Numbered from the stretch's first letter, positions 8,800 to 22,925 are shown. The stretch: DNA of 46,463 bases from Acidimicrobiales bacterium (GCA_034399415.1 DASCSY010000001.1:1-46463); one strand, 5' to 3'. Made by a program: numbers and translations. The notes: a model not told the origin generated them from the sequence alone.

Positions 8800-10286
8800 T
8801 GGTCGAGCTTCAGTTGTGACGTCGCAACGAAACTTGTTTCCTGCTCATCGTGACGTTCTGCGAGTACGTCTCGCCCAAGGCGGTCGGGAATTTCCACGGG
8901 GTATCGACCGTCAAGGCATGCCGTACAGAATCCAGCTCCGGAGGCTCCGGTTGCATCAATAAGCCGATCAAGTTCTAAGTATGCGATTGAGTTGACGCCG
9001 AGGTACTCCCGTATTTCCTCCATGGTCAAGTTGGCCGCTAGAAGTTCTGCGTAGGTACCAGTGTCCATCCCATAAAAGCATGGCCATCTATAGGGAGGTG
9101 AAGAAATGCGAAGGTGGACTTCGGCTGCCCCGGCGGAACGCAGCATTTCAACTATCGCTCGAGTGGTGGTGCCTCGGACGATGGAGTCGTCAACTACTAC
9201 AAGCCGTTGACCTTGAATGTTGTGGCGGATCGGGTTGAGTTTCATTTTGACCCCAAGTGCTCTCATTTCTTGTGAGGGGGCAATGAATGTTCTTCCGATG
9301 TACCGATTCTTGACGAGCCCGTCGCGGTAGGGCATCCCGCTCGCACGGGCGAATCCCTGCGCGGCAGGTATCCCTGATTCAGGCACTGGCATTACGAGGT
9401 CAGCGTCAACTGGTGCTTGATCCGCGAGTTGCTCTCCCATGCGCTGCCGGGCGGCATGTACGTTACGACCGTAGAGAACGGTGTCTGGGCGCGAAAAATA
9501 GACGAATTCGAAGACACACAGCCGGGGATCAGGATCACTGAACGGTTGTTCCGAAGTCCATCCATCTTGGTCGATAATGACCATTTCGCCTGGATCGATT
9601 TCCCGTACAAAATGCGCGCCAACCGTATCTAAGGCTGGGCTTTCTGAGGCGACAACCCAGCCGTTGTCAAGGCGCCCTAAGCAAAGTGGCCAAAAGCCTT
9701 CCGGCCCTCGGGCCCCAACCAGATGGTGGCGATCCATAGCTACGAAGGAAAACCCTCCCCGAAGTTGAGGTAGCACCCGAGCCAAGGCCCAGGGAAGTTC
9801 AGTGCCTTCAGGGGCTTCTCCAGTTGCCAGTTCAACCGCGACGAGTTCGGCCACCAGATCGCTATCACTCATAACGGTCCCATCAAGCATTCCTGCTTCA
9901 GCCGCTAATTCAGCAGTGTTGACAAGATTCCCGTTGTGGGCGAGCGCGAATTCGAGATCACCAACGTCGCGATAGAAGGGCTGTGACGCCCGCCAGGAGC
10001 TCGAACCCGTTGTTGAGTAGCGAGTGTGGCCGATAGCGATACCCCCCTCCAGAGCAGCAAGAATCCGATCATCGAATGCGCCCGACACCAAGCCCATGTC
10101 CTTTACCACGGTCACGTTCGAACCATCGCTCACCGCTATGCCGGCCGATTCTTGCCCGCGATGCTGGAGGGCGTACAGACCAAGGTAAGTTTGGTGCGCG
10201 ACAGGACCCCCCGGCGACATGACCCCAAAGATCCCGCAGGCTTCACGGGGTTTAATCAGTTCAACTTCTTGGGGGCGACCCGTCAT
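8796..10286 (-). CDS. purF: Amidophosphoribosyltransferase (propeptide plus N-terminal Cys; Fe-S type)
   Basis: 496 aa. CGIFGV after a short propeptide, [10 protein letters not shown], the PRTase loop [12 protein letters not shown], and C-terminal Cys ligands. Confidence 0.95.
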   Translation of the reverse strand: MTGRPQEVELIKPREACGIFGVMSPGGPVAHQTYLGLYALQHRGQESAGIAVSDGSNVTVVKDMGLVSGAFDDRILAALEGGIAIGHTRYSTTGSSSWRASQPFYRDVGDLEFALAHNGNLVNTAELAAEAGMLDGTVMSDSDLVAELVAVELATGEAPEGTELPWALARVLPQLRGGFSFVAMDRHHLVGARGPEGFWPLCLGRLDNGWVVASESPALDTVGAHFVREIDPGEMVIIDQDGWTSEQPFSDPDPRLCVFEFVYFSRPDTVLYGRNVHAARQRMGEQLADQAPVDADLVMPVPESGIPAAQGFARASGMPYRDGLVKNRYIGRTFIAPSQEMRALGVKMKLNPIRHNIQGQRLVVVDDSIVRGTTTRAIVEMLRSAGAAEVHLRISSPPYRWPCFYGMDTGTYAELLAANLTMEEIREYLGVNSIAYLELDRLIDATGASGAGFCTACLDGRYPVEIPDRLGRDVLAERHDEQETSFVATSQLKLDQ

Positions 10287-12517
10287 CCGCTAACAGTCCC
10301 TTGCCCCAGAGCTTGCGGTAATGCATCTCGTGAAGCGCGGGTGAGGTCAGCAACCGAAAGATCAACGATTGACCCCAAGACCAGAGAAGGCCCGCCCGTG
10401 CGACCAATAAACTGCGCTGGCACTCCTCGATTCGAGGACTCTTCTAGGAACGACCTCAGGTCCGAATCGCTGAGCGCTACAACAACTCGTCCGCCTGATT
10501 CGTTGAATAACGCCCGGTGGTCGTCAAGACCGCTCACATCCATCCCTACTCTGCTATTAATTGCCATTTCGGCCAGCGCTACCCCAATGCCCCCATCACC
10601 AACATCGTGGACTGCTTCAACTCGGTTCTGTTGGACGATCTCAGACACGAACGCAACTGTCCGCACCGCTTGCGTAAGATCGAATCCTGGGAGAGTGCCT
10701 CCTTTGCATCCTCCAATTTCCCAGGCCCACCGACTTCCGGCCATAGACACATCCCCTTGTGGTTGCTGGCCAAGCAGTACCAGCGATAGGCCAACCCCAA
10801 CGGTTATTCCGGGAGGTTGTTCCACGAGCCGGGGATGCATTCCTATGATTCCGACGACAGGAGTTGGAGCGATATCAATTGAATTTGTTTCGTTGTAAAG
10901 GCTGACGTTTCCACCCACAACCGGTGCATTAAAGGCTTTGCACGCTTCGGACATGCCATCAACGGCTTCGGAAAGTTGCCACATGACATCAGGATGTTCG
11001 GGATTTCCGAAGTTCAGACAGTTAACGACAGCCATCGGTTCGGCACCCACGCAGGCGATATTCATCGCTGCCTCAGCTACTACCATCACTGTCCCCTGGC
11101 GTGGGTCTACGTGGCACCAACGGTGATTCCCGTCTGTAGACAAACCCAACGCCCGACCTGTTTCTCGTCCGGTTCTGGGGTCACGAAGCCGAAGCAGGGT
11201 TCCATCGCTGCCGGGTCCGACGACTGTGTTGAGGAAAAGTTGATGATCATATTGGCTGTACACCCAAGCGGGGTCTCGCAGGAGCGTTAGCAAGTCGGCC
11301 GAACAGTCAACTGGACCAACCGATGCGTCAAGAGAGCGCCGTTCATTTAGATCTTCGGGTGGCGCCAGGGGTCGGTCGTATTCAGGGGCGTCGTCATGCA
11401 ACGTCGACGCGGGAAGTTCGGCTAACACCTCACCATCAAAGCCATCAAGAATTCTCAATTGTCCATCCCCGGTGACGCGTCCAATGACACTTGCGGCTAT
11501 CTCCCAGCGGGAAGAGATTTCGAGTACGCGGTCGAGGTCTCTCGGCTGCACAATTGCCAACATCCGCTCTTGTGACTCGGAGGTCATTAACTCAAACGGC
11601 TCCATACCTTCTTCGCGCGAATGGATCGCTGAAACATCGACATCCATCCCTGCCCCGCCGCGAGAAGCTGTCTCGCTAGTTGCACAGGTGATACCTGCCC
11701 CTCCTAAGTCCTGGATACCTGTCACTAGTCCCTCGTCTAGCAACTCCAGACATGCCTCTAACAAACGTTTTTCTTCGAAAGGATCACCTACTTGCACGCT
11801 TGGACGCTTGTCCGCATTTGCAGACTCCTCGTCGAACCCTGCTGAAGCCAACACGCTGACCCCACCTATGCCGTCCCGGCCGGTCGATGCGCCGAGAAGC
11901 ACCGCTAGATTGCCGACGCCGCTTGCCCGTCCCAAGACAAGTCTTTCTACGGGGAGCACTCCCATGGCTAAGACATTTACGAGTGGGTTGCCTTTATATG
12001 TTTCGTCAAAGACAATCTCTCCCCCGACAGTGGGCACCCCGACACTGTTGCCGTAACCGGAGACTCCACTGATGACCCCTTCGGCGATCCACCTGCTTCG
12101 TGGGTCATCTAGTGGTCCGAACCTGAGGGGATCCATTACAGCAATTGGGCGAGCACCCATGGTGAAGATATCTCTAAGAATTCCTCCTACTCCAGTTGCC
12201 GCTCCTTGATATGGCTCGATTGCGGAAGGGTGGTTGTGGCTTTCGATGCGAATGGCGACGGCTATCCCGTCGCCAACGTCAATAACGCCGGCGTTCTCGC
12301 CTGGACCCACCAGCACCCATGGTGCTTCTGTGGGAAGTCGCTTCAGATGAATCTTCGATGACTTGTACGAACAGTGCTCTGACCACATGACTGAGTACAT
12401 GGCCAGTTCGAGGTGGTTTGGGCGTCGCCCTAACAGGGCATAAATGTTCTCGTATTCTTCGTCGGTCAACCCAAGTTCACGGTGGACCCACTCTGCGTCT
12501 TCAGGGGCCACACTCAC
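10283..12517 (-). CDS. purL: Phosphoribosylformylglycinamidine synthase subunit PurL
   Basis: 744 aa. [25 protein letters not shown] blocks. GTG start; 4-nt overlap with purF. Confidence 0.95.
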   Translation of the reverse strand: MSVAPEDAEWVHRELGLTDEEYENIYALLGRRPNHLELAMYSVMWSEHCSYKSSKIHLKRLPTEAPWVLVGPGENAGVIDVGDGIAVAIRIESHNHPSAIEPYQGAATGVGGILRDIFTMGARPIAVMDPLRFGPLDDPRSRWIAEGVISGVSGYGNSVGVPTVGGEIVFDETYKGNPLVNVLAMGVLPVERLVLGRASGVGNLAVLLGASTGRDGIGGVSVLASAGFDEESANADKRPSVQVGDPFEEKRLLEACLELLDEGLVTGIQDLGGAGITCATSETASRGGAGMDVDVSAIHSREEGMEPFELMTSESQERMLAIVQPRDLDRVLEISSRWEIAASVIGRVTGDGQLRILDGFDGEVLAELPASTLHDDAPEYDRPLAPPEDLNERRSLDASVGPVDCSADLLTLLRDPAWVYSQYDHQLFLNTVVGPGSDGTLLRLRDPRTGRETGRALGLSTDGNHRWCHVDPRQGTVMVVAEAAMNIACVGAEPMAVVNCLNFGNPEHPDVMWQLSEAVDGMSEACKAFNAPVVGGNVSLYNETNSIDIAPTPVVGIIGMHPRLVEQPPGITVGVGLSLVLLGQQPQGDVSMAGSRWAWEIGGCKGGTLPGFDLTQAVRTVAFVSEIVQQNRVEAVHDVGDGGIGVALAEMAINSRVGMDVSGLDDHRALFNESGGRVVVALSDSDLRSFLEESSNRGVPAQFIGRTGGPSLVLGSIVDLSVADLTRASRDALPQALGQGTVSG

Positions 12518-12649
12518 GCTCTAAATCTAGTCATCCGTCAGAGGTATCAATGGATGCTCCACAACTGTTACCAAGAACTGAACTCGGTCAGCAAAGGAAC
12601 ACCTGGACTCGCGACGCTGCTTTGCTTGTTGCGCGTGAATCTTGGGTGC

Positions 12650-13330
12650 TTATTGGCTCGGTGTGACCTGCGAAGCGCCAAGTAACGATTCGAGCAGACG
12701 CGAGCCGTCGTTGGACCCAAGGATTGTCGAAGTGGCTCGTTCGGGGTGCGGCATCATCCCGACGACATTGCCTTGCTCATTAGAAATCCCAGCTATGTCC
12801 CCTATGGAACCGTTGGGATTGTCGGTGTATCTGAAAACAATTCTGTTTTCTTCCTCAAGCTCTTTCAAAGTTTCTTCTGAGCACACGTAGTTGCCCTCGA
12901 AGTGATTGATGGGGATGTTTAATAACTCACCGGCTGATGCACCAACTCCAATAATGTTGGACGTCGATACAAACTCGATTTGTTGCATGGCGCAAAGAAA
13001 CTTCAACCCGACGTTTTTCTGCAAAGCGCCGGGGAGAATGCCTGCTTCGGTGAGAACTTGGAACCCGTTGCAGATACCTAATACCGGGCCGCCGTTTCGA
13101 GCGAATGCGGCGATCGTCTCCATGATCGGCGAGAACCGGGCGATTGCTCCACAACGCAGATAATCGCCGTGCGCGAAGCCGCCAGGTATGACAATCGCGT
13201 CGACATTTCCGAGGTCTGCCGCGCTGTGCCAAAGAACCTCCGCGTGTCCGCCGAGCGCATTTATGGCATCGACTGTGTCGAATTCGCAGTTCGTACCGGG
13301 GAAGCGGACAACACCAACTCGTCGACTCAT
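12650..13330 (-). CDS. purQ: Phosphoribosylformylglycinamidine synthase glutaminase subunit PurQ
   Basis: 226 aa. FPGTNCE, GICNGFQ (nucleophile Cys) and MPHPER (His/Glu) motifs. Confidence 0.95.
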   Translation of the reverse strand: MSRRVGVVRFPGTNCEFDTVDAINALGGHAEVLWHSAADLGNVDAIVIPGGFAHGDYLRCGAIARFSPIMETIAAFARNGGPVLGICNGFQVLTEAGILPGALQKNVGLKFLCAMQQIEFVSTSNIIGVGASAGELLNIPINHFEGNYVCSEETLKELEEENRIVFRYTDNPNGSIGDIAGISNEQGNVVGMMPHPERATSTILGSNDGSRLLESLLGASQVTPSQ

Positions 13331-13596
13331 GTGTTCAGTACTTCGACCGTTGTGTCTTCGATGACTGGGTTAGATAGGAAGCGTTTACACATGTCTTCCA
13401 CGATTGTCTTGGCCGCGCTCGCTGAGTCAGCCTCCACTCGCAGTCGAATTACTTTACCCACTCTGACGTCTCCGGCTGTTTGGAAACCAAGGGCAGGCAG
13501 TGCGCGTTCGATCGTTGACCCTTCAGGATTAGCTATTCCCTCTCGCGGTGACACTTCGACCTTCACTTCGAAGCGCACTAGTTTTCGCCGATCCAT
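13327..13596 (-). CDS. purS: Phosphoribosylformylglycinamidine synthase subunit PurS
   Basis: Small protein. RFEVKVEVSPREGIANPEG matches the PurS N-terminal pattern. An alternative GTG at 13578 (TAGTG junction with purC) gives a more typical ~83 aa product. Confidence 0.88.
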   Translation of the reverse strand: MDRRKLVRFEVKVEVSPREGIANPEGSTIERALPALGFQTAGDVRVGKVIRLRVEADSASAAKTIVEDMCKRFLSNPVIEDTTVEVLNT

Positions 13597-14456
13597 GTGC
13601 TGAAGCTCTCGCCGGTGATGCGTTCGTACGCAGTTATGTAGCGTTCGCGCGTCGCGTTAACTGTTTCTCCCGATAACTGTGGTGGGGGAGGCGATTTGTC
13701 CCATCCTGAAGCCTCTGTGGCATCTCGAACAGGTTGCTTGTCCAAAGAAACTGGCGTCACTCCTGGAGTCCAGCTTTCGGCTGGCCAGAATCGCGATGAA
13801 TCAGGCGTCAGTAATTCATCGGCGATAACCATCTCCCCATCGATTAGGCCTAATTCGAATTTTGTATCAGCGATGATCACACCATTATCTGCGGCATGTT
13901 CCGACGCAGACCGGTATGCCTCTATTGAAAGATCTCGGGCCTGCGCTGCGATGTTGGGCCCAACTATTTCTACGGCTTCTTGGTAACTGATATTGATGTC
14001 ATGCCCCTCAGTGGCTTTCGTTGATGGGGTGAAGACGGGCTCGGGGAGCTGTTGCGCTTCTACCAAACCCGTTGGTAGCGGGGAACCATGCATGGTCCCC
14101 AACTGTTGATATTCCTTCCATGCTGAACCAGTGATGTAACCCCGCACGATGCATTCCAGGGGAAGCATTTCTGCTTTTCGCACCAGGAGCGCGCGGCCAT
14201 GCCAATCGGAACGTTGTGCCGGCGACGGAAAATCGTTTGGATCAGCGGACACCAGGTGGGTAGAGGCGACTGAGGTGAGGTACTCCGACCACCAAACTGT
14301 CATGGCCGTTAGAACCCTTCCCTTGTCTGGGATGGGCTCATTGAAGACAACGTCAAAAGCTGAGATTCGGTCAGTCGCGACCATCAGGAGGTGTTGATCG
14401 TCAACCGTGTACATCTCTCGGACTTTGCCGCTATGGAGTAGCTCGAGTTCGTTCAC
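13578..14456 (-). CDS. purC: SAICAR synthase
   Basis: 292 aa. GKVREMY, DRISAFD and ADTKFE blocks. Confidence 0.95.
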   Translation of the reverse strand: MNELELLHSGKVREMYTVDDQHLLMVATDRISAFDVVFNEPIPDKGRVLTAMTVWWSEYLTSVASTHLVSADPNDFPSPAQRSDWHGRALLVRKAEMLPLECIVRGYITGSAWKEYQQLGTMHGSPLPTGLVEAQQLPEPVFTPSTKATEGHDINISYQEAVEIVGPNIAAQARDLSIEAYRSASEHAADNGVIIADTKFELGLIDGEMVIADELLTPDSSRFWPAESWTPGVTPVSLDKQPVRDATEASGWDKSPPPPQLSGETVNATRERYITAYERITGESFSTWIGEN

Positions 14457-14468
14457 CTCTCTTCTTTA

Positions 14469-15905
14469 CTAGAGAATGGGGGATGGGCGGTAGGACCCTC
14501 CCTCAGGATGTTGAGAATTGATGGTGGCCGCGGTCGCGACAAAAGCCGCTACCTGCGAATCGGCAAGACCGACGAACACGTTGTGATCACCTATTGCCTC
14601 ATTGATCTCGTCAGCCTCTATTGGCAGCGCCGGATCGTTAATAATCCTTTCAAGTAAGTCGTTTTCACCCGAAGTCCCTTCCCGGACTTCGATCGCGGCT
14701 GCAACGGCGTGTTCCTTTATTGCCTGGTGAGCTTGCTCACGCCCCGCGCCGGCCTTGACTGCTGCCGTCAGCAAGCGGGTGGTGACGAGAAACGGCAGGT
14801 ATCGCTCCAGTTCTCGATCGATGGCACGACGATACGCACCAAATCCATCGAGCACAGTGAGAACTGTTTCAATTGCCCCGTCCAGCGCGAAGAATGCGTC
14901 CGGAAGGACCACACGGCGAACAACAGAACAGCTGACGTCTCCTTCATTCCATTGATCACCGGCGATGGACGCAGTCATAGCTAGATGACCACGCAATACG
15001 GCAACAAAGCCAGATACTCGCTCTGCCGATCGGGCATTCATTTTGTGCGGCATTGCGGAAGAACCAACTTGGCCTTCGCTGAATCCTTCGGTGGCTAGAT
15101 CTAAACCAGCCATGAGTCGAATTTGAAGGGCGATATTTCCTAAAGGGCTCGCGGCTTGAGTTAATCCGCTAACCACATCGAGATCGAGAGAACGGGGATA
15201 CACCTGGCCTACGGCATTCAGCACGCATTCGAAACCCAGCCGGTCGGCGACGAGACGCTCCAACTGGTTGACCTTTGAAGAGTCACCGTCGAAGAGATCA
15301 AGCAGATCTTGCTGGGTTCCCATTGGGCCTTTTAACCCACGTAGGGGGTAGCGCTTCAATAGTTCTTCGATTCGCTCGAATGCGAGAATGGTTTCTTCAC
15401 CTAGGTTGGCGAACCGTTTACCGAGGGTCGTAGGTTGGCCCGGCACGTTGTGAGAACGGCCCGTGATGACCGTGTCCTGATGCTCAATGGCCAGTTCCGC
15501 TAGACGAGAAATCACCGCTACCAGACGCTGCTGCACGAGGATCATTGAACGCTTGATCTGCAATTGCTCGACGTTCTCAGTTAGGTCCCGCGATGTCAGA
15601 CCTTTATGAATTTGTTCATGCCCAGCCAGAGACGAGAACTCCTCGATTCGAGCTTTTACGTCATGGCGTGTCACTCGCTCTCGGCGTTCAATGGATTCCA
15701 GATCTACTTTGTCAATGACGGAACGGTATGCATCAATAACAGTGTCTTCGACGACTAGGCCGAGATCTTGCTGCCCTTCAAGGACCGCAACCCACAGTTC
15801 GCGCTCCAATACGATTTTCTCTTCAGCCGACCAAATGTGCACCATTTCGGGCGACGCATAGCGGGTTGCTAGAACGTTAGAGATTTGAGCTTTTTGGCCG
15901 GTCAC
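14469..15905 (-). CDS. purB: Adenylosuccinate lyase
   Basis: 478 aa. Fumarase/lyase signature [10 protein letters not shown], plus TSRDL and HNVPGQPTT blocks. Confidence 0.95.
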   Translation of the reverse strand: MTGQKAQISNVLATRYASPEMVHIWSAEEKIVLERELWVAVLEGQQDLGLVVEDTVIDAYRSVIDKVDLESIERRERVTRHDVKARIEEFSSLAGHEQIHKGLTSRDLTENVEQLQIKRSMILVQQRLVAVISRLAELAIEHQDTVITGRSHNVPGQPTTLGKRFANLGEETILAFERIEELLKRYPLRGLKGPMGTQQDLLDLFDGDSSKVNQLERLVADRLGFECVLNAVGQVYPRSLDLDVVSGLTQAASPLGNIALQIRLMAGLDLATEGFSEGQVGSSAMPHKMNARSAERVSGFVAVLRGHLAMTASIAGDQWNEGDVSCSVVRRVVLPDAFFALDGAIETVLTVLDGFGAYRRAIDRELERYLPFLVTTRLLTAAVKAGAGREQAHQAIKEHAVAAAIEVREGTSGENDLLERIINDPALPIEADEINEAIGDHNVFVGLADSQVAAFVATAATINSQHPEGGSYRPSPIL

Positions 15906-16344
15906 CGTGCTCCCTCATCTCTGAAAGTTGCGAGTCGTCCCGCGAGTTCACTGTCACTTACTGACAAGATCTCTACCGCTAAGACAGCTGCATTTGCGGA
16001 TCCGTCGACTGCAACTGTTGCTACTGGTATACCGCGCGGCATTTGTACCGTTGACAGAAGTGCGTCGATCCCACCGGCCACACCGCCCGAAAGTGGAACG
16101 CCGATGACGGGCAACGTGGTGTTGGCTGACACAGCGCCAGCGAGGTGGGCTGCCATGCCTGCACCACAGATAATTGCGCCGTATCCGTTTTTTCGGGCGT
16201 TGGTGGCTAGATCGGCGACCTGATCGGGGGTCCGATGAGCGGACATCACGTGAACTTCGTGGGGGACATCGAAACGTTCAAGCATTTCGGATGCGCCAGC
16301 CATTTTGTCGGCATCCCGGGGAGAACCCATCAGAATCGCTACCT

Positions 16345-16348
<4 letters not shown>
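15902..16348 (-). CDS. purE: N5-carboxyaminoimidazole ribonucleotide mutase (class I PurE)
   Basis: 148 aa. SAHRTP and [10 protein letters not shown] (the class I AAHL-type motif). No purK is adjacent. Confidence 0.9.
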
Positions 16349-18890
<2,542 letters not shown>

Positions 18891-18910
18891 TCATGCGTTG
18901 ACGTTCCCCG

Positions 18911-18916
18911 ATTCTA
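18911..18916 (-). promoter_or_regulatory. Candidate -10 box (TAGAAT) for purA and the pur array
   Basis: The minus strand reads TAGAAT about 36 nt upstream of the GTG start. It fits the actinobacterial TANNNT -10 pattern. I could not identify a good -35. Confidence 0.3.
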
Positions 18917-19059
18917 ATTGCGGGACCGGCGTTATTAGGGGTGAATTAGAGAGGTCTTTTCTTTTGAAGCCGTCGGCGTGTTGTCCGGTCAACGACAAAA
19001 CTTCGTTCACGGGGCGGTCACGTGCAGCCGTTTCCTTAAGACCCGCATGGAAATTTCCG

Positions 19060-19461
19060 CTAACGCCTTCGTCTCCGCGGATCTAGCCATGGGACAACTG
19101 ATTGTTGCAGAGGCACAAGATCTCTTCTGTACTGACGGTGAGTTTCAATGACGGTTGCAGCTGCGGCGGCTTGGAGTTCGCGCATTTCAGCTTCGAGTTG
19201 GGCGACGCGATGTTCGAGATCAAGCACTCGTTTCACCCCAGCCAAGTTCAGACCTTCGTTTGTGAGCTCCTGGATGCGTCTCAAAAGAGCAATGTCGATT
19301 TCGCTGTATCTGCGGCTCCCGCCGGGAGTACGAGCTGGTTCCACTAGCCCTCTCCGTTCGTAGATGCGCAGCGTTTGAGCGTGTACGCCGGCAAGTTCCG
19401 CCGCGACTGAAATCACGTATACGGCCCTGGTTGGATCGGGTGGTGAGGCCATGGGATCCAT
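19060..19461 (-). CDS. hspR: MerR-family heat-shock repressor HspR
   Basis: 133 aa. The MerR HTH reads YVISVAAELAGVHAQTLRIYERRGLVEPARTPGGSRRY. It is the last gene of the dnaK-grpE-dnaJ-hspR order. Confidence 0.85.
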   Translation of the reverse strand: MDPMASPPDPTRAVYVISVAAELAGVHAQTLRIYERRGLVEPARTPGGSRRYSEIDIALLRRIQELTNEGLNLAGVKRVLDLEHRVAQLEAEMRELQAAAAATVIETHRQYRRDLVPLQQSVVPWLDPRRRRR

Positions 19462-19463
19462 GA

Positions 19464-20384
19464 TTAGCCCTCCTGTCGTTCTTCGTTTCGAGGTGACCAG
19501 TCGGTTACCTCGTTTAGCGTTTCTATTGCGGCTCTTTCTTGAGCCGTTAACTCTGTGGGGACAACGATTTCGATCGTCACCAACAAATCACCAGTGGCTT
19601 TGGGAGTGCTAATACCTCGGCCTTTCACCCGGAACGTGGTCCCTGATTTAGTACCCGCGGGGACTTTCAACGTCACCGTTGAATGGTCGTAGGTGGGGAT
19701 CTTGATTTCTGAACCCAAAGCCGCCTCCGGGAATGTAACGGGCACCGCGATAGTGAGGTGCTGTCCCTTCCGACCGAACATCGAGTCGGGTGCTATTTCT
19801 ACGACGACGAACAGGTCGCCATTCGGTCCGCCGTTGCGACCTGTGCCCCCTTTGGCCGCCAGCCGTATGCGTTGACCGTCGTCTACACCTGCGGGGATTC
19901 GCACTTTGGCCTGGCGTTGCCCGCCTTCGCGATCCGCGCCTAAACGAATAGTGGTGGTTATTCCGTCAATTGCGTCGCGAAATCCCAGATGTATGCGCGT
20001 TTCTTGATCCACGCCTCGCATGGGGATAGGTCCCCCACCGCCGCGCCCTCGGCCCCGACCGAAAAGATTCCCGAACATCCCGCTGAGATCATCAAAGTCC
20101 TCAAAATGAACGTTGAATCCGTCGGGGCCAGAAGCGAAGCCACCTGCGGCCGAAGGACCAAGCCGCCGAGCCTCGTCGTATTCACCGCGTTTGGTTTCAT
20201 CACCGAGGACGTCGTAGGCAGCAGATACCTCTTTGAAGCGTTCCTCGTTCCCTCCCGTTGCGTCGGGATGATGAGTTCTCGCCAACTTCCGGTAGGCCTT
20301 AGTTATGTCTTTGGGGGAGGCATTCGATGACACCCCGAGCACTGCGTAGTAGTCCTTTTCAAACCATTCACGCTGGGCTGCCAT
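19464..20384 (-). CDS. dnaJ: J-domain co-chaperone, class II (CbpA-like; no Cys-rich zinc-finger domain)
   Basis: 306 aa. J domain DYYAVLGV...HHPD, a G/F-rich region, and C-terminal substrate-binding domains. The translation contains no cysteine. Confidence 0.85.
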   Translation of the reverse strand: MAAQREWFEKDYYAVLGVSSNASPKDITKAYRKLARTHHPDATGGNEERFKEVSAAYDVLGDETKRGEYDEARRLGPSAAGGFASGPDGFNVHFEDFDDLSGMFGNLFGRGRGRGGGGPIPMRGVDQETRIHLGFRDAIDGITTTIRLGADREGGQRQAKVRIPAGVDDGQRIRLAAKGGTGRNGGPNGDLFVVVEIAPDSMFGRKGQHLTIAVPVTFPEAALGSEIKIPTYDHSTVTLKVPAGTKSGTTFRVKGRGISTPKATGDLLVTIEIVVPTELTAQERAAIETLNEVTDWSPRNEERQEG

Positions 20385-20411
20385 GTTTCACCTCCTCATC
20401 CGGTTCGGCTT

Positions 20412-20978
20412 CTAGTCTCGGACTTTCACCATGGCCGCTCGCATCACTCGCTTGCCCCATCGGTAACCGGGGCGGAGCTCTTCGGTGACGACTTGTTCTC
20501 CACCATCACCTGTTTCATGCAGCACAGCTTCATGTTGGTTGGGATCAAATAAAGCTCCTACTGCTTCGATGCGGGTTAACCCATGTTTTTGCAATACGGC
20601 ATCTAACGAACTCTTGATGGGCACGACGTCCTCAAGACCTTGGGCTGTGGCGGCGTCGCAGGCGTCCAACACTGGTAGCAGTGACTCCACAAGTCGGGCG
20701 ACGCCATTGGAAACTTGCTGTTCCAAGTCACCGGAGCTTCGCCGGCGGAAATTTTCAAATTCTGCCTGCAACCGTTGCAAGGAATCTCGGAAGTCATCAC
20801 GTTCTGTCGTGACACTTTCCAGCGCTTCGATTAGCTCCTCGACTGAAAGCGGTTCTTGTGATTCAACATTTGATGGTTCCTGGGTTTCGATATTGGGGTC
20901 GTTTGAGACCTCTTCATCGCAATCGACCGCCAAATCGAACTCAGTCTGTTCAGGGTCGTCATTACCTTCCTCTATCAC
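20412..20978 (-). CDS. grpE: Nucleotide exchange factor GrpE
   Basis: 188 aa. An acidic N-terminus is followed by [14 protein letters not shown] and the C-terminal beta domain. 4-nt overlap with dnaK. Confidence 0.9.
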   Translation of the reverse strand: MIEEGNDDPEQTEFDLAVDCDEEVSNDPNIETQEPSNVESQEPLSVEELIEALESVTTERDDFRDSLQRLQAEFENFRRRSSGDLEQQVSNGVARLVESLLPVLDACDAATAQGLEDVVPIKSSLDAVLQKHGLTRIEAVGALFDPNQHEAVLHETGDGGEQVVTEELRPGYRWGKRVMRAAMVKVRD

Positions 20979-22801
20979 TGGTCCTCGTCAATGATTTCCG
21001 CGTCGACGACATCTTCACCTGACTCTGCTTCAGGGGCTGAGCCATCACCGCCAGACTGAGCGGCGGCTTCGTAAAGCTTTTGACCCAAAGATTGACTTGC
21101 CCCGGTAAGAGCCTCGGTCGCATTGCGAAGAGTTTCTACATCTTCGTTTTCGGCTTCGAGGGCTTCTTTGAGAGTCGTGAGGGCGCCTTCAACTTCGGCC
21201 TTGTCTTCCTCAGAAACCTGGTCACCCTGGTCACCCAACATTTTTTCGACTTGGTAGACCAGCGAGTCTGCATTATTTCGAGCTTCGGCTGCCTCTCTGC
21301 GCTGCCGGTCTTCTTCAGCGTGGCTTTCCGCATCCTTCACCATCTTTTCGATGTCATCGTCATTCAGGTTTGATTGACCGCTGATGGTGATGGACTGTTC
21401 TTTGTCGGTTGCACGATCTTTTGCAGAGACGTTCACTATCCCGTTGGCGTCAATGTCGAACGTGACTTCTATTTGGGGCACACCGCGTGGTGCTGGCGGC
21501 AGATCAACTAATTGAAATTTACCCAGAGTTTTATTACCCGAGGCCATTTCGCGTTCGCCTTGGAGAACGTGAATTTCGACTGACGGCTGCATATCGTCAG
21601 CTGTAGTGAATACTTCTGCCCGCTTTGTCGGGATCGTCGTGTTGCGTTCGATCAACTTGGTCATCACTCCCCCTTTTGTCTCAATCCCAAGACTGAGGGG
21701 AGTCACGTCGAGAAGTAGGACGTCTTTGACGTCGCCTTTTAGAACGCCTGCTTGGACCGCGGCACCAACTGCTACCACTTCATCTGGGTTTACGCCTTTG
21801 TGGGATTCTTTGCCTGTCATTTCAAGAACGAGTTCTTGTACTGCGGGCATTCTTGTTGAGCCGCCAACCATGATGACGTGGTCGATGTCGTTCGGTTTCA
21901 AGTTCGCGTCGTCTATCGCCTGTTTGAACGGTGGTTTGCATCGAGCGACAAGGTCCGCGGTTATCTCCTGAAACTTCGCTCGGGTGAGCTCATAGTCAAG
22001 ATGCAACGGGCCACTGTCGGTGGCGGTAATGAACGGCAAGTTGATTTGAGTGGTTTGTTTGGATGACAGGTCTTTTTTTGCTTGTTCTCCGGCCTCTTTG
22101 AGCCGTTGGAGGGCCATTGCGTCGGCTTTGAGGTCAACTCCGTGGTCGCCTTTGAAAGAGTCAGATAACCAATCGATGACGCGCTCATCCCAGTCATCGC
22201 CACCGAGGCGGGTGTCGCCAGCGGTCGATTTCACTTCGAAGACGCCCTCTCCAATTTCAAGGACCGACACATCGAACGTGCCACCACCAAGGTCGAAAAC
22301 CAGAATTGTCTGATCGTCTGTTTCTTTGTCTAGGCCGTAGGCAAGCGCCGCAGCTGTCGGTTCATTGATGATCCTGAGGACATCAAGTCCTGCTATTTGG
22401 CCTGCTTCTTTCGTGGCGGTTCGTTGTGCGTCATCGAAATACGCTGGAACTGTGATTACTGCTTCGGTGACATCTACTCCGAGGTATTCCTCAGCGTCTC
22501 GTTTCAGTTTCTGGAGGACCCTGGCCGAAATTTCTTGAGCTGTGTACGACTTATCATCGATTTCTACGCTCCAACTTGTACCAATATGACGCTTGACTGA
22601 TGCCAGTGTTCGATCGGGGTTAGTCACCGCTTGTCGTTTGGCGACCTCGCCTGTGAGCACTTCACCGCCTTTGGCGAATCCGACGATCGAAGGTGTCGTC
22701 CGGTCGCCTTCGGCGTTGGCAATCACCGTGGGTTCTCCGCCTTCCATGGTTGATACCACCGAATTGGTAGTTCCAAGATCAATACCGACTGCTCTGGACA
22801 T
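20975..22801 (-). CDS. dnaK: Molecular chaperone DnaK (Hsp70)
   Basis: 608 aa. [17 protein letters not shown] and VGGSTRMP signatures. A GAGGAG RBS lies upstream of the ATG at 22801. Confidence 0.97.
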   Translation of the reverse strand: MSRAVGIDLGTTNSVVSTMEGGEPTVIANAEGDRTTPSIVGFAKGGEVLTGEVAKRQAVTNPDRTLASVKRHIGTSWSVEIDDKSYTAQEISARVLQKLKRDAEEYLGVDVTEAVITVPAYFDDAQRTATKEAGQIAGLDVLRIINEPTAAALAYGLDKETDDQTILVFDLGGGTFDVSVLEIGEGVFEVKSTAGDTRLGGDDWDERVIDWLSDSFKGDHGVDLKADAMALQRLKEAGEQAKKDLSSKQTTQINLPFITATDSGPLHLDYELTRAKFQEITADLVARCKPPFKQAIDDANLKPNDIDHVIMVGGSTRMPAVQELVLEMTGKESHKGVNPDEVVAVGAAVQAGVLKGDVKDVLLLDVTPLSLGIETKGGVMTKLIERNTTIPTKRAEVFTTADDMQPSVEIHVLQGEREMASGNKTLGKFQLVDLPPAPRGVPQIEVTFDIDANGIVNVSAKDRATDKEQSITISGQSNLNDDDIEKMVKDAESHAEEDRQRREAAEARNNADSLVYQVEKMLGDQGDQVSEEDKAEVEGALTTLKEALEAENEDVETLRNATEALTGASQSLGQKLYEAAAQSGGDGSAPEAESGEDVVDAEIIDEDQ

Positions 22802-22896
22802 ATGCGTTTTCTCCTCTGGGGGGATGGGTCAGGGTGTAACTCGGACACTTGCGACGTGGGATACACCAGGTGTGTCGCCTTGCCGGGTTATCCACC

Positions 22897-22925
22897 ATTA
22901 TAAAAGTTGAGTGTATGATTAGCAA
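22897..22925 (-). promoter_or_regulatory. Candidate dnaK promoter: TTGCTA-N17-TATAAT
   Basis: On the minus strand the -35 TTGCTA is at compl. 22920-22925 and the -10 TATAAT at compl. 22897-22902, with an exact 17-nt spacer. The predicted 5' UTR is about 85-90 nt. Confidence 0.55.

Noticed and set aside
10026-10898. 290-aa plus-strand ORF
   Set aside because: It is antisense to the purF/purL junction. Its composition is low-complexity (Pro/Ser/Thr/Arg), and both pur genes have unmistakable homology on the other strand.
12518-12649. ZTP (pfl) or purine riboswitch in the purQ-purL spacer
   Set aside because: I could not find the conserved ZTP cores (GGGTCGTGAC...CCGCCTGGGCA-like) or a purine riboswitch three-way junction on either strand. 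The spacer is kept only as an unexplained gap.
19049-19058. 10-bp palindrome GGAAATTTCC just downstream of hspR
   Set aside because: It is a short palindrome expected by chance in 46 kb. It has no T-tract or partner site and no obvious function.
20485-20994. 169-aa Ser-rich plus-strand ORF
   Set aside because: It is antisense to grpE. The extreme Ser/Thr content reflects the complement of Glu/Asp-rich grpE codons.
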